Made by a program: the position numbers and the translations under genes. 33,203 nucleotides of DNA. Source: a virus. Shown piece after piece: positions 8,836 through 18,305 of this stretch; position 1 is the stretch's first letter, and each line of letters begins with the position of its first letter. The notes beneath the pieces are model-generated. The model was not told where the DNA came from, did not search any database, and was given only the letters and a program-made list of their open reading frames with translations. The stretch lies in UHGV virus genome UHGV-0162190; one strand, given 5' to 3'.

Positions 8836-11571
8836 TTACACCTGTGCGACGTTATACCATGTGCCATTGATGTATTTTTGTATTGGCCTGAATACTGCGG
8901 GGTCATCACCATCGACTTCACCGACAATACCAAGCCCGGTAATTACGTGCCCTGCTTTCTCATACATCACCCCTTTCTGCATGGTCTGGACAACACGTGT
9001 GCCAAGCCTGATATCTCTCACATAGCGGGAATCAAAGTTACCGTAATCCGAGGGATTAACACGCCCCGTAATATTTATGGTTTTATTACTTTGAATACTT
9101 CCCGAGACAAAGCGCATAACATGGACGCTATTAGCATAAACATCCAGATTACCATCACCATTTTGTTTAAAGCCCGTGTCATTATCACCCAAAACAATCG
9201 AATTACCGCCAAGAGCACTGGATGTTCCTATACCCAGAGCACCATTCAATTGACCACCAGATAACGGCAGTGCACCGACATCTCCCGCTGTAGGTTTTCG
9301 CGTTGTGGTATAAAACTCAGACCAGTCAGCCTCGAATCCGTAACCGTCACGAGCAGAACGATAAAAAATACCGCCGTTCTTATAATTAACGCGGAACTGG
9401 GCGGCGGGACAACTTCCTTCACCGATATTAAAATGAAGAATTAACGTTGATGCCCCACCAGTAGTTGCGTTATAGGCTCCGCTACTCCAGTTCCACCCAA
9501 CGGCTTTATCATTCGCAACGGTGTCTCCTGTTTTTCCTGAAGCAAATGCACCAATATTTTTTGGCGTCAGGTTAATATCTGATGTTCCATCAAACGAAAC
9601 GTTATTAATTTTACGGGCTGTTTTCAGCTTTGTTGCTGTCGCCGCATTACCGGACAGTTCACCAGAAAGGCCAGCACTGAATGTCTGTTTCGCGCCCCAT
9701 GTCTGGGCTTCGTCAATGATTGGTACTCGTCTTGTTGTGATCGTGCGGCTTCCCGGATTTCCTGAAATGCGCACCATAAAAAAGCGGTAGTTGGCTTTAC
9801 TTACAGTGCTGCGCCATACATGCATTGAGCGCCCCGTACCGGAATCATCACTCGGACCAACTGCGATGTTTATCAGGTTGCCATCAATGACGCCCCAGTC
9901 CATACCGTCGGGAATGTTGGTCATATTATCAAGCCGAACGGTTATCAGACTGCCCGGCACAAAATCGTAGGTCTGCCAGTCCAGACTGGATAGTTTTGCC
10001 ACTGCGCCACCGATGCCCAGATTCAGGGGAAGTGAATAAGATGTGTAAACTTCCCGCCATTCGCTCCATGAGCTGCCGGTAAAAACGCGCTCAAACGTGC
10101 GACCTTTAAGGATTGTACCTGTTCCGGCAGTTGTATAACGCTGCCATACGTTAACACCATCAAAGCGCCTCAACACTTCCAGAATACCGAGGACTGTCAC
10201 GCCGTTTCCGTCCAGTACTGGACCGTTGGTCGCTTTACCTGTAACGCTGTAAATACCTGGTGAAGTCACATCATTCAAATCCCCGTCGTAATAACGACTC
10301 TCTGACTGATGACCGACTCTTAACCACGGTTCCCACTGCGGATTTGATGCATCCCAGCTTGCCGCAAGGCAGCGGACGTACATATTTCCACGGCGAGTGG
10401 TATAACGTTGCGTTCTTCCATAATTCCCGCCTTCGAGGATCTCAAGCGTCCCCTGAGCAAAGCCGCCTTCCTCTGGATAATTGCGTTCATATGAAGCTAT
10501 AGCCGAGCTACTGTTACGCCATAAACCAAGATGCTCGGCGGCTCCAAGCGTATTCAGGTCTATAGTCGTACTCAAAGGGCGGGTAGCTGATTGAGTGTGA
10601 CGCCATATGCCCCACGGACCATCAGAGCCATTCCACTTATTGGCGAGTCTGCGTATGTATACATTGCCGTCTCTCGTGGTGAAGCGTTGCGTACCTGCAA
10701 AATTGCCGGCAGCAAAAACCTCAAGCACACCGACAGCATTATCTTCCGGGAAATTTTTCTCCAGTGTTGCGTTAGTTGAGGTAGCTTTAGACCAGATCCC
10801 CAGATAAGCCTTAACGGGACCAAATGTATTCAGATCAGCATCAAGCGGCATTTCGCCATTGTTTTTCATAAACGTCAGGCTGGTAACGCCAACATTGTCC
10901 AGAAAAGCGCCCTTATCTGGAATATCGCCACCGTTCTGGTCTTTCTGCATACGTTTTTCAGCATTGTCATAGGCTGCTTTTACTGCCTTTGGCGTTGCTG
11001 CCAGCTTTTCACTGGTGCTGTTTGTTGCACTGCTTAACTGAGTAAAACCTTTTTCTGTCAGCGTGGCGTCAGGATGGCGGCGGGACTGCTCATGCTCTGC
11101 GATTTTGTCATCGACGTAATCCTGCGTCGCCATCACTGTGCTGGCATCAATACTCAGCTCAACGGATGCCACATTGCTGAGAATAATAACCATGCGGCAG
11201 GTCTGCGCACGTCCGGAGCCTTCAGCCAGTTCTGGTTTATAGCTTTCTGCCATGTTGGATACCGCAATCAGTGTTCCGGCATCGTCATACAGACCAAGCT
11301 CACGCATCCAGAAGCCGCCCACTTCGGGCGGTACAACCAGTTCAGCCACGATATAGTTTTTATTCTTGTTATCCACGCTGACTTTATTCAGAGCGTGACG
11401 CCAGACCTCATGCACCAGTTTCGTCTGACCGGCATCCGGCACCGGCAATTTGCCATTACCATCACCCACGGCCATTGCAGACAGGTTTACTTTTTTCCCG
11501 CCGGGGACAGTGGCGGCTGCCAGCTTTGCGGCTCCGGCAGTAGTGATAACGGTTTTAAATTTCGTGCTCAT
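8836..11571 (-). CDS. H: Tail fibre protein gpH, extended variant (911 aa)
   Basis: Large ORF downstream of baseplate gene I. Internal tandem repeats of a tail-fibre repeat unit (QRFTTRDGNVYIRRLANKW / QRYTTRRGNMYVRCLAASW / WQRYTTAGTG). Longer than P2 gpH, which I recall as about 670 aa. Confidence 0.85.
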   Translation of the reverse strand: MSTKFKTVITTAGAAKLAAATVPGGKKVNLSAMAVGDGNGKLPVPDAGQTKLVHEVWRHALNKVSVDNKNKNYIVAELVVPPEVGGFWMRELGLYDDAGTLIAVSNMAESYKPELAEGSGRAQTCRMVIILSNVASVELSIDASTVMATQDYVDDKIAEHEQSRRHPDATLTEKGFTQLSSATNSTSEKLAATPKAVKAAYDNAEKRMQKDQNGGDIPDKGAFLDNVGVTSLTFMKNNGEMPLDADLNTFGPVKAYLGIWSKATSTNATLEKNFPEDNAVGVLEVFAAGNFAGTQRFTTRDGNVYIRRLANKWNGSDGPWGIWRHTQSATRPLSTTIDLNTLGAAEHLGLWRNSSSAIASYERNYPEEGGFAQGTLEILEGGNYGRTQRYTTRRGNMYVRCLAASWDASNPQWEPWLRVGHQSESRYYDGDLNDVTSPGIYSVTGKATNGPVLDGNGVTVLGILEVLRRFDGVNVWQRYTTAGTGTILKGRTFERVFTGSSWSEWREVYTSYSLPLNLGIGGAVAKLSSLDWQTYDFVPGSLITVRLDNMTNIPDGMDWGVIDGNLINIAVGPSDDSGTGRSMHVWRSTVSKANYRFFMVRISGNPGSRTITTRRVPIIDEAQTWGAKQTFSAGLSGELSGNAATATKLKTARKINNVSFDGTSDINLTPKNIGAFASGKTGDTVANDKAVGWNWSSGAYNATTGGASTLILHFNIGEGSCPAAQFRVNYKNGGIFYRSARDGYGFEADWSEFYTTTRKPTAGDVGALPLSGGQLNGALGIGTSSALGGNSIVLGDNDTGFKQNGDGNLDVYANSVHVMRFVSGSIQSNKTINITGRVNPSDYGNFDSRYVRDIRLGTRVVQTMQKGVMYEKAGHVITGLGIVGEVDGDDPAVFRPIQKYINGTWYNVAQV

Positions 11572-11581
11572 TGTTTCTCAC

Positions 11582-12112
11582 TTATCCGGGATAAACAGTA
11601 ATAACATCACCATCACAGACCACACCGCCTGTATACAGATAGCCGGGAATGTCCTGGATAATGTTCAGACCGATAAGGTGGCGACTTGCGGGTTTGGCAT
11701 CGGCAATCAGCCGTTCCATTTCCAGATACATTTCCTCTGTGATACCGCTTTCCAGCACGCCGATATCAAGGCGAAAGGTTCCGGCCGGGTCGTTTGTCTC
11801 CCACCATTCCTTTACATTAATGAGATAGCCGAGCGGCTCCACCACACGCCGGATTGCACCTATAGTGCCTTTATGACAGTGGATGAAATAGGCATCGCGG
11901 ATAACGGCGCGTTTTGTCGCTTCCGGCCACTTTTCATCCCACCTGTCGACCGAAAACGCCCACGCCAGCCACGGCAGCAGATTTGCCGGACAGGTATCCG
12001 GGTTCCACAGCTCACGAATACTGACCGGCGTTTTTTCAATTTCCGCACAGGCTTTTGCGGCAGCAACTTCAAGCGGTGATGAGCCGGTCGGCAGCAGTCG
12101 CGAATCACTCAT
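11582..12112 (-). CDS. I: Baseplate protein gpI
   Basis: 176-aa ORF; its start overlaps the J stop, as in P2. Confidence 0.8.
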   Translation of the reverse strand: MSDSRLLPTGSSPLEVAAAKACAEIEKTPVSIRELWNPDTCPANLLPWLAWAFSVDRWDEKWPEATKRAVIRDAYFIHCHKGTIGAIRRVVEPLGYLINVKEWWETNDPAGTFRLDIGVLESGITEEMYLEMERLIADAKPASRHLIGLNIIQDIPGYLYTGGVVCDGDVITVYPG

Positions 12113-13013
12113 CCGAGCCTCCGGTCACGACGCGGTATTCGGTACAGAAAGACGCCTGCGTACTGTTGAGCACGATGTCGGCCAGCGGTGCAGTCAGTTC
12201 GACACGCTGAACGCCTTCCACATGCAAAGCGGCATAAATGGCAGACAGACGGATGTCGCGCCCCAGCCGGTGCTGTGCCGTGATGTACGCTTCCAGCTTT
12301 TTCACGGCGGCCGCGCGAATGGGTTCGCTTTCAGGACCAGGGTAAAGGTAAAGCGTGGCGTTTATCTGGTATTCAACGATGGCGGCAGACTGCACGGTCA
12401 CGCGGTCGGCCACCGGTCTGACGTCCTCGCCATTAAGGGCGTTACGCACCACCGCCAGCAGGTCTTCGGATGCGACACCGTTATTTTCACGGGACAGCAC
12501 AGAGATGGTGACGCAGGCCGGAGACGGACTGGTGACAGAGATATCCGCGACACGCCCGTCGGCACTGCGACCATGATACTGATAGGCTCCCACCGACCCG
12601 GCGACGCTTAAGCCCTCAAACGCCTGCTGAATACGCAGACGATAATCGGTATCAGATTCCATCACTGCCGGTGTCGGCGGGATAGTCGAATCATCTGCCG
12701 GGGTGATAGTCAGACGCGTGGTGTTGTAATTGGCACCAATCACATCAAGGTCATTACCGGCGGCACAGGCCAGCATTACCGCCCGTGCGGCCTCATTCAC
12801 ACGCTGACGCCAGATAAGCTCACGATAAGCATTTTCCTCCAGCAGTTTGACGAGAGGCTCGGATTCCAGCATCAGGGTACGGGCGACCGCCTCCTGCTGG
12901 TCTTCCGGGTAAAGGGAAATCAGTGTCGCCTTGCGTTCGGCGAGAATGGTTTCAAAGTCCAGCTCCTCGACCACATCCGGTGCGGGTAGCTGGTTCAGGT
13001 CGATAATCGGCAT
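12105..13013 (-). CDS. J: Baseplate wedge protein gpJ
   Basis: 302-aa ORF between W and I. Confidence 0.85.
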   Translation of the reverse strand: MPIIDLNQLPAPDVVEELDFETILAERKATLISLYPEDQQEAVARTLMLESEPLVKLLEENAYRELIWRQRVNEAARAVMLACAAGNDLDVIGANYNTTRLTITPADDSTIPPTPAVMESDTDYRLRIQQAFEGLSVAGSVGAYQYHGRSADGRVADISVTSPSPACVTISVLSRENNGVASEDLLAVVRNALNGEDVRPVADRVTVQSAAIVEYQINATLYLYPGPESEPIRAAAVKKLEAYITAQHRLGRDIRLSAIYAALHVEGVQRVELTAPLADIVLNSTQASFCTEYRVVTGGSDE

Positions 13014-13017
13014 GGTT

Positions 13018-13365
13018 TCAACTCACAGGGATGGTTAACGAAAGTGGCTGGCCGGTGTCGTTGTGCTGGCCGGTTAACGTGACCGTCATTCGCCCGTCAA
13101 AACTGCGCTCAGTGGTGACGGATGACAGGGTGACGCGGGGTTCCCATTTCAGCACCGCCATGTAACAGGCGACCTTAATCTGCAACTCAAGCGCCGGGGT
13201 CTGCGGCTGGTCAATCATTGACGCCAGCAACGAGCCGTAATCACGACGCATCACCCGCGAGCCGACCGGTGTGCGCAGGATATCGCCGATACTCTGGCTG
13301 ATATGCTCAAGGTCAGTGACAGTCAGGCCATCACTGCATTTCATTCCGAGATAACGCGCTGTCAT
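13018..13365 (-). CDS. W: Baseplate protein gpW (gp25-like)
   Basis: 115-aa ORF between V and J. Confidence 0.8.
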   Translation of the reverse strand: MTARYLGMKCSDGLTVTDLEHISQSIGDILRTPVGSRVMRRDYGSLLASMIDQPQTPALELQIKVACYMAVLKWEPRVTLSSVTTERSFDGRMTVTLTGQHNDTGQPLSLTIPVS

Positions 13366-13997
13366 AGAGGACTCCCGGTTGTGCCGCCGCTGTCGCCGGG
13401 GTGTTTATGGGTATGCAGCACCTTACCGTTTGATGAGAGTTCACCACCGGTGTGTTCAATGTTGCCGCGCATCGTCCCACCCTTCTGCACTTCCAGCGTG
13501 CCGGTAGTCAGTTTGTTAGTGCAGACCACCTCCGGTGTGTCCAGGGTGACGCGGGTTGATGCTTTCACCATGACCACCGGCACCGTGGCAGTAACAGAAT
13601 CAGAAGCCGTCACGCTGGCCGTTTTAATTCCGCTTACCGTGAGTGCACTGGTTTCGGGTTCATACTCAATCACCGCCCCGTCAGGGAAACGGATATGCAG
13701 GGCATCCGCCGACGCAGACGGCGCGGGGTTATCGCCGGAATAAATCCCCGGCAGAACGAACGCCGTGTCGAGTTCACCGCCCACGGCCAGAATCAGCACC
13801 TGTTCCCCCACGGAAGGTGCCCACCATGTGCGCGAACGTCCGGCGCGATGGGTCAGCCACTGCAGCCAGTCGGTACACATGCCGCCGGTCTGCACACGGC
13901 AGCGACCGGCGTTAAGGTCGGTTTCGACGATAACGCCGGTGCGAATCATGTTGCGCAGTGCGCGCGCGAGTTCCTGAATATTTGCGAGAGTGTTCAT
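13362..13997 (-). CDS. V: Baseplate spike protein gpV
   Basis: ORF 13362-14015 trimmed to the first in-frame ATG (MNTLAN...), giving 211 aa as in P2 gpV. Confidence 0.8.
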   Translation of the reverse strand: MNTLANIQELARALRNMIRTGVIVETDLNAGRCRVQTGGMCTDWLQWLTHRAGRSRTWWAPSVGEQVLILAVGGELDTAFVLPGIYSGDNPAPSASADALHIRFPDGAVIEYEPETSALTVSGIKTASVTASDSVTATVPVVMVKASTRVTLDTPEVVCTNKLTTGTLEVQKGGTMRGNIEHTGGELSSNGKVLHTHKHPGDSGGTTGSPL

Positions 13998-14080
13998 GCA
14001 TGTGAGATTGCACAATATATAAAAGTTATGCTATCTGGATTCATTTGTAGAACCACCAGACAACATTCAAGGAGAGCGTA

Positions 14081-14866
14081 ATGGTCAGCTATAATGTGAC
14101 TAATGTGTGGGAGCTAATCGTCTTGTATCTTTTGGTCTTTGTAGTATTAGCATTTTTTAGCTTTGGTAAAAGTAACCTTATGAGGCTTATTGCACATTAT
14201 TTCAAATTTGGATATTCAGATAAAAAATTAAAAAGACTGGACCGCGAGTGGCGCGACATTCAACTATTTAAAATAATTAACGGAATCAATGTATCAGGCA
14301 TCAAAGATGTGAAAATGATACAGCAGGGGTTGATTGATGGAAAACTAAAAACATCGGATTTTTTCCTTACTCGCTTCTGGGGAGACATAACAGAACCGCC
14401 ATGCATCACAAAAACAATGAGTGCAGTCCTGGCCGGAATTCTTTATATTATCTTCGCATGTTGCATACACAACGAGCAATCTGCCATAGTAGAGGATGCC
14501 ATAGCCATACCATATAAAAATATGATGTACCATGTTTATAATGACAAGGTTCTTTTGTTCTCCGACAATAAAACAGATAAGTTCTATAAAGCTTTTAGCA
14601 TTGCCGATTGCAAGAGACTGCAGAACACTTTTGTAACAGACACACTTCCTGCAATCGCCTGCAATAAGCTCTTACAGCTAAACGAGGAGGACTCCGAATG
14701 GTTAAGTCAGGAGATTAAAGATAATAACAGCCACAGAAAAACATTATTAATAATATCCCTCGTCTATTTCACTTCAGGTCTGGTTATACTTCTGTCATAT
14801 ACAAAATTCCTTTACGCCAATAAAAAAGTTGTAGAATACAAATCATCAAATAAAAACCACTCATAA
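14081..14866 (+). CDS. Hypothetical integral membrane cargo protein (261 aa, three predicted transmembrane helices) between V and S
   Basis: AT-rich ORF on the strand opposite the late operon. Hydrophobic helices near residues 12-28, 115-131 and 222-240. No recognisable catalytic motif. Confidence 0.6.
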   Translation: MVSYNVTNVWELIVLYLLVFVVLAFFSFGKSNLMRLIAHYFKFGYSDKKLKRLDREWRDIQLFKIINGINVSGIKDVKMIQQGLIDGKLKTSDFFLTRFWGDITEPPCITKTMSAVLAGILYIIFACCIHNEQSAIVEDAIAIPYKNMMYHVYNDKVLLFSDNKTDKFYKAFSIADCKRLQNTFVTDTLPAIACNKLLQLNEEDSEWLSQEIKDNNSHRKTLLIISLVYFTSGLVILLSYTKFLYANKKVVEYKSSNKNHS

Positions 14867-14937
14867 TCCTCTAAACATTGAGCGACCAGCACAGCCGCTC
14901 AATGTTTAATTGCGCATCAGCCTCTGCCTGGATAAAA

Positions 14938-15390
14938 CTAACGCTCAAGGTGAGCCAGGATAATCCCTTCAATCATCTGCACATCCTCACCGGTAAAGCC
15001 GAGCAGGGGACGCGCCGGATAATCAATTTTCTTACCGTCTTTCCGGGTTTCTTCCGACAGACCGAACTGATGCACACTGGCTATTTTCGGTGACTTCCCG
15101 TCGTAAAACTCCATTGATGCCTGTTCAGGGCTGGCGCGGATATGCAAAAAACGACTGGTGATAAGTTTCGCAAACATTTTTCGCTTAACACGACCAGTCT
15201 TTTTTCTGGCGCTCTGCTGCTGGCGTGGCACGTAGGGTGTGCCGTCCGGGGCTTTCTGTGCCATCACCCGACGCTGCTGACTCTGCCGCAGGCGCTTCGC
15301 CAGTTCGGCACTCAGTCGCCGACGCCCTGACGGTGACAGCGATTCAGTCAGTCCGGTCAGCCGGTCTTCAAAACGCTTAAACTCATTCAT
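14938..15390 (-). CDS. S: Tail completion protein gpS
   Basis: 150-aa ORF downstream of R, overlapping it. Confidence 0.8.
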   Translation of the reverse strand: MNEFKRFEDRLTGLTESLSPSGRRRLSAELAKRLRQSQQRRVMAQKAPDGTPYVPRQQQSARKKTGRVKRKMFAKLITSRFLHIRASPEQASMEFYDGKSPKIASVHQFGLSEETRKDGKKIDYPARPLLGFTGEDVQMIEGIILAHLER

Positions 15391-15850
15391 CCCACTTGCT
15401 CACCAGTTCGCCATTGATATAAAGCTCCATCGGGCGGTTGACCGGCTCCGGCGGCGGGGGTTCCGGGATATTCTTCACATGCAGTGCGCCGTCCACCTCA
15501 CTGACCAGCGTGCGCTCGGTCAGCATCAGGCTGATGCTGATATCAAAGCTGCTGTCATTGTTGATGTCTGCATAAAACGTGAAGCCCTTTTTCTGGCCTT
15601 CGTCGGTGGTCATGATGTCGGGCTGATTTTCCCGCAGCCACGCCAGTACCGGCACGATGAGCAGGTCAAAATCACCGGTAAAGTCGGCCACAATGACATT
15701 GAGCGTGTAACGCTTTTCGAATGACAGCGACGTCGCCAGTGTGGAGGCAATACTCCCGTTATCCACGAATATCCGCAGCATCTCGGGGCTGGTTTTCAGC
15801 ACCGTGACGGCATCAGTCAGCGCCCTGCGCAGGCTGTCGGGTTTGAGCAT
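15383..15850 (-). CDS. R: Tail completion protein gpR
   Basis: 155-aa ORF downstream of the lysis cassette. Confidence 0.8.
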   Translation of the reverse strand: MLKPDSLRRALTDAVTVLKTSPEMLRIFVDNGSIASTLATSLSFEKRYTLNVIVADFTGDFDLLIVPVLAWLRENQPDIMTTDEGQKKGFTFYADINNDSSFDISISLMLTERTLVSEVDGALHVKNIPEPPPPEPVNRPMELYINGELVSKWDE

Positions 15851-16103
15851 CGTTTTCGTCCTGACAGTGTTTAATCATTTTTACCTGGCTGGCACAGCGT
15901 GCCAGCGCGTTCTCAAGCAGCCGGATATCGGCACTTAAATCGCCGTTCTTCTGCGGGTCACTGCCCGGCATCGGGCAAAGACTCACTTTCGGGCAGGCGT
16001 TGTGGACAATCACTGGCGTCTGCGCAGGCCGGGCGCTGGTGCAACCGGCGCACAGCATCAGGCAGGTCAGCACCGTACCAGCGGCGAAAATCTTCGTTTT
16101 CAT
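15813..16103 (-). CDS. lysC: Outer-membrane spanin LysC (Rz1-like lipoprotein), in the +1 frame overlapping the lysB 3' end
   Basis: Internal ATG of ORF 15813-16220 gives a 96-aa product starting MKTKIFAAGTVLTCLMLCAGC, a signal peptide with lipobox. A GAGG Shine-Dalgarno precedes it. Confidence 0.65.
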   Translation of the reverse strand: MKTKIFAAGTVLTCLMLCAGCTSARPAQTPVIVHNACPKVSLCPMPGSDPQKNGDLSADIRLLENALARCASQVKMIKHCQDENDAQTRQPAQGAD

Positions 16104-16383
16104 TGAGTAACCTCGTGATGGTTTTCTCGCGCTGTGCTTCACGCTTCGCGGCGTTCTCCAGTTCCTGACGCAGTGCCACCTGCGCCAGCTCGTTTTTGTC
16201 TGCCCTGGTGATGGCAACATGAAGCTGATTTTTCAGCATGGTGATGGTCGTCTGCTGTTCACTGGCGACGTTATTCGCCCTGTCCAGCGAGGCGCGCAGG
16301 CTGGCATTTTTGTGTTTCACCAGAAACAGACCGGCCACCGCCAGCGATAACAACACGACCAGCACAATCATCAGCTTTGACAT
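15958..16383 (-). CDS. lysB: Inner-membrane spanin LysB (Rz-like)
   Basis: 141-aa ORF with an N-terminal transmembrane helix and coiled-coil periplasmic domain, downstream of lysA. Confidence 0.75.
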   Translation of the reverse strand: MSKLMIVLVVLLSLAVAGLFLVKHKNASLRASLDRANNVASEQQTTITMLKNQLHVAITRADKNELAQVALRQELENAAKREAQREKTITRLLNENEDFRRWYGADLPDAVRRLHQRPACADASDCPQRLPESESLPDAGQ

Positions 16384-16796
16384 AGTTCCCGCCCCTCAAG
16401 ACGCTGACGACAGGCTTTACATATCAGCCGGAAAAACAGCGACGCCACAAGATAAATCAGCGCGGTAAAAATCCACCCGGCAGCGACCAGCGAGATAAAC
16501 GTCGCCACCATCACCACCAGAGCCGCCGCCCGTCTGCGCCACGGCACCGGCTGCAAAAACAGCGACGTGACAATCTTCACGGCCAGCGATTCCGGCGGCA
16601 GCTCCCGCCCGTAGCGTTCCAGCACATACTCCGTGGCATACACGCCGACACCACCGGCAACCACACAGATAACCGTCGCCAGAATCGCCCAGGTGGCGAC
16701 AAAACTGACGGCCACGCTCTGCGGGTAAATCAGGGACAGTGCCAGCATCAGCGCCAGCGACACGTTCAGCATCAGTGAAAGGGATAATTTCTTCAT
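16371..16796 (-). CDS. lysA: Lysis timing protein LysA (multi-pass membrane protein)
   Basis: 141-aa ORF with several hydrophobic helices, between K and lysB. Confidence 0.75.
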   Translation of the reverse strand: MKKLSLSLMLNVSLALMLALSLIYPQSVAVSFVATWAILATVICVVAGGVGVYATEYVLERYGRELPPESLAVKIVTSLFLQPVPWRRRAAALVVMVATFISLVAAGWIFTALIYLVASLFFRLICKACRQRLEGRELCQS

Positions 16797-16810
16797 GGTG
16801 TTTACTCCGT

Positions 16811-17308
16811 TTAAGCCGGTACGCCGCCGGCGGTACGCCAGACGGTGACCAGTTTTTCCAGTGAATGCTCACGCTGACCGTAACCGGCACCCGGCAGGGA
16901 CGCCCAGATATTGCGACAGCGTGAAATGGCGCGCTCAATGCGTCCCGCCCGGATGTCATCCAGTGCACCGCGTTCGCGGATCAACTGAATGGCGAGCCTG
17001 TCCTGTGACAACGGACTGAAATCCGGCAGGGCAAGCTGTTTGCGGTAGTGCGGCCAGAACAGGTAAAGCTGCTGATAGCGACCGGAGGCCGTGGATTTTT
17101 CACCGCGACGGTTAAACACCTTCGCCGGTCGGCCATGCGCGAACGGGTGGTCACTGTAGTCGGTGAAAATTTCCGGCTTTCCGTCCAGTCCGGTGACTAT
17201 CACGTCATAGCCCCGGTTTTTCGTCAGCGGATGATTCGCCGTCCCTTCGGACACGGCCAGCATGTCGAGAAAGGCGGCGATATTCTGATGCGTGTTAATT
17301 ACCGGCAT
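16811..17308 (-). CDS. K: Endolysin gpK (lysozyme-like)
   Basis: 165-aa ORF immediately downstream of holin Y. Confidence 0.85.
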   Translation of the reverse strand: MPVINTHQNIAAFLDMLAVSEGTANHPLTKNRGYDVIVTGLDGKPEIFTDYSDHPFAHGRPAKVFNRRGEKSTASGRYQQLYLFWPHYRKQLALPDFSPLSQDRLAIQLIRERGALDDIRAGRIERAISRCRNIWASLPGAGYGQREHSLEKLVTVWRTAGGVPA

Positions 17309-17589
17309 TACGGTTTCCCCCTGCCCTTAAAGCGGCGCTGAATGGCAATCTCAATCACCTGATAACCGGCGATACCCAGCATGGAGCCGATGCCGCACAC
17401 CGCAGGCAGTGACAGGTCAGGAAACTGCACCAGAACAACACCGGCAACCATCGAGACAAAACCACCGAGCAACATGCGCCCGATAAACAGACGCGGGGTG
17501 ATGGGTTCACCACCGGCAAGCACCTTGCCGACAACAATCAGCACCCCAATCATGAAAAGCGACAGGACGCTTTTTTCTTCTGCTGTCAT
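17308..17589 (-). CDS. Y: Holin gpY
   Basis: 93-aa ORF with transmembrane helices and a charged C-terminus, upstream of K. Confidence 0.8.
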   Translation of the reverse strand: MTAEEKSVLSLFMIGVLIVVGKVLAGGEPITPRLFIGRMLLGGFVSMVAGVVLVQFPDLSLPAVCGIGSMLGIAGYQVIEIAIQRRFKGRGKP

Positions 17590-17592
17590 GCG

Positions 17593-17796
17593 TTACTCCC
17601 ACAGATTGACAGTTTCAGCCACGGGCGCGGTCTGAACGTCGGGCAGTTCGACGGCGGTGCCGTGTGGCAGCACCGCGCCCAGTTCAGCCAGTCCCGGATT
17701 TGCGGCGAGCACGGTCTCGACCACGCCCTCAGTGCGCCCGTAATACCGGACACAAATGGCGTCGAGCGTGTCGCCCTGTAGCGCAAAGGTCTTCAT
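17593..17796 (-). CDS. X: Tail protein gpX
   Basis: ORF 17593-17865 trimmed to the in-frame ATG (MKTFALQGDTL...), giving 67 aa; that ATG overlaps the L stop (ATGA). Confidence 0.7.
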   Translation of the reverse strand: MKTFALQGDTLDAICVRYYGRTEGVVETVLAANPGLAELGAVLPHGTAVELPDVQTAPVAETVNLWE

Positions 17797-18305
17797 CAGA
17801 TTTGACTCACGATGCAGCGCGGCTTGTCCTGGATACGCGCCACCGCCCAGCGCATATCCCGCCACAGTTCATCAATGGTGCTGTCAATGCTGTCGGCCTT
17901 CTTGTCGCCTTTCGCACTGGCATCCACGCCGCGATAACGCTCATAAAGCGACGCGGTCGCCATCGCACACACGGCGCGCTCGTAGTAAAAAACTTTGATG
18001 CTTTCACCGTCGATGTCGTCCGCCGGAACGTCCGCCAGACGCGTAAAACCGGCGGCAATTTTCTGTTCGCGGTACTCGTACAGCTCCGCATTCGTTTCAG
18101 CCATGCCTGACTTGATGGCCTCACGCAGACGGGCGGGGGCGACGGTCTGCTCAAGGCGCATACGTTCCCGGACGCGCTTCGGGTCGATATCGGGAAAAAA
18201 GAACGTGTTTTTAATCACCGGCTCATCGCCTGCCGGTTGCGGGATGACCACCGTACCCTCACCGGACACGAGAACCTCCTTTCGCGGAATAATCAGCGTC
18301 ATCAT
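17796..18305 (-). CDS. L: Head completion protein gpL
   Basis: ORF 17796-18365 trimmed to the in-frame ATG (MMTLIIP...), giving 169 aa as in P2 L. Confidence 0.75.
   Translation of the reverse strand: MMTLIIPRKEVLVSGEGTVVIPQPAGDEPVIKNTFFFPDIDPKRVRERMRLEQTVAPARLREAIKSGMAETNAELYEYREQKIAAGFTRLADVPADDIDGESIKVFYYERAVCAMATASLYERYRGVDASAKGDKKADSIDSTIDELWRDMRWAVARIQDKPRCIVSQI

Noticed and set aside
8305-11571. Possible invertible tail-fibre segment (Mu/P1-type G region) given the variable H-G module
   Set aside because: No site-specific invertase gene and no long inverted repeats flank H-G; the module looks like a fixed P2-type H plus chaperone.
16417-16968. 183-aa minus-strand ORF overlapping lysA and K in another frame, and similar alternative-frame ORFs across the capsid and terminase genes (for example 17807-18154, 19647-19934, 22563-23012)
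   Set aside because: They overlap genes whose frames are fixed by conserved lengths and operon coupling. Only the lysC overlap has a signal peptide, lipobox and ribosome-binding site to support a real nested gene.
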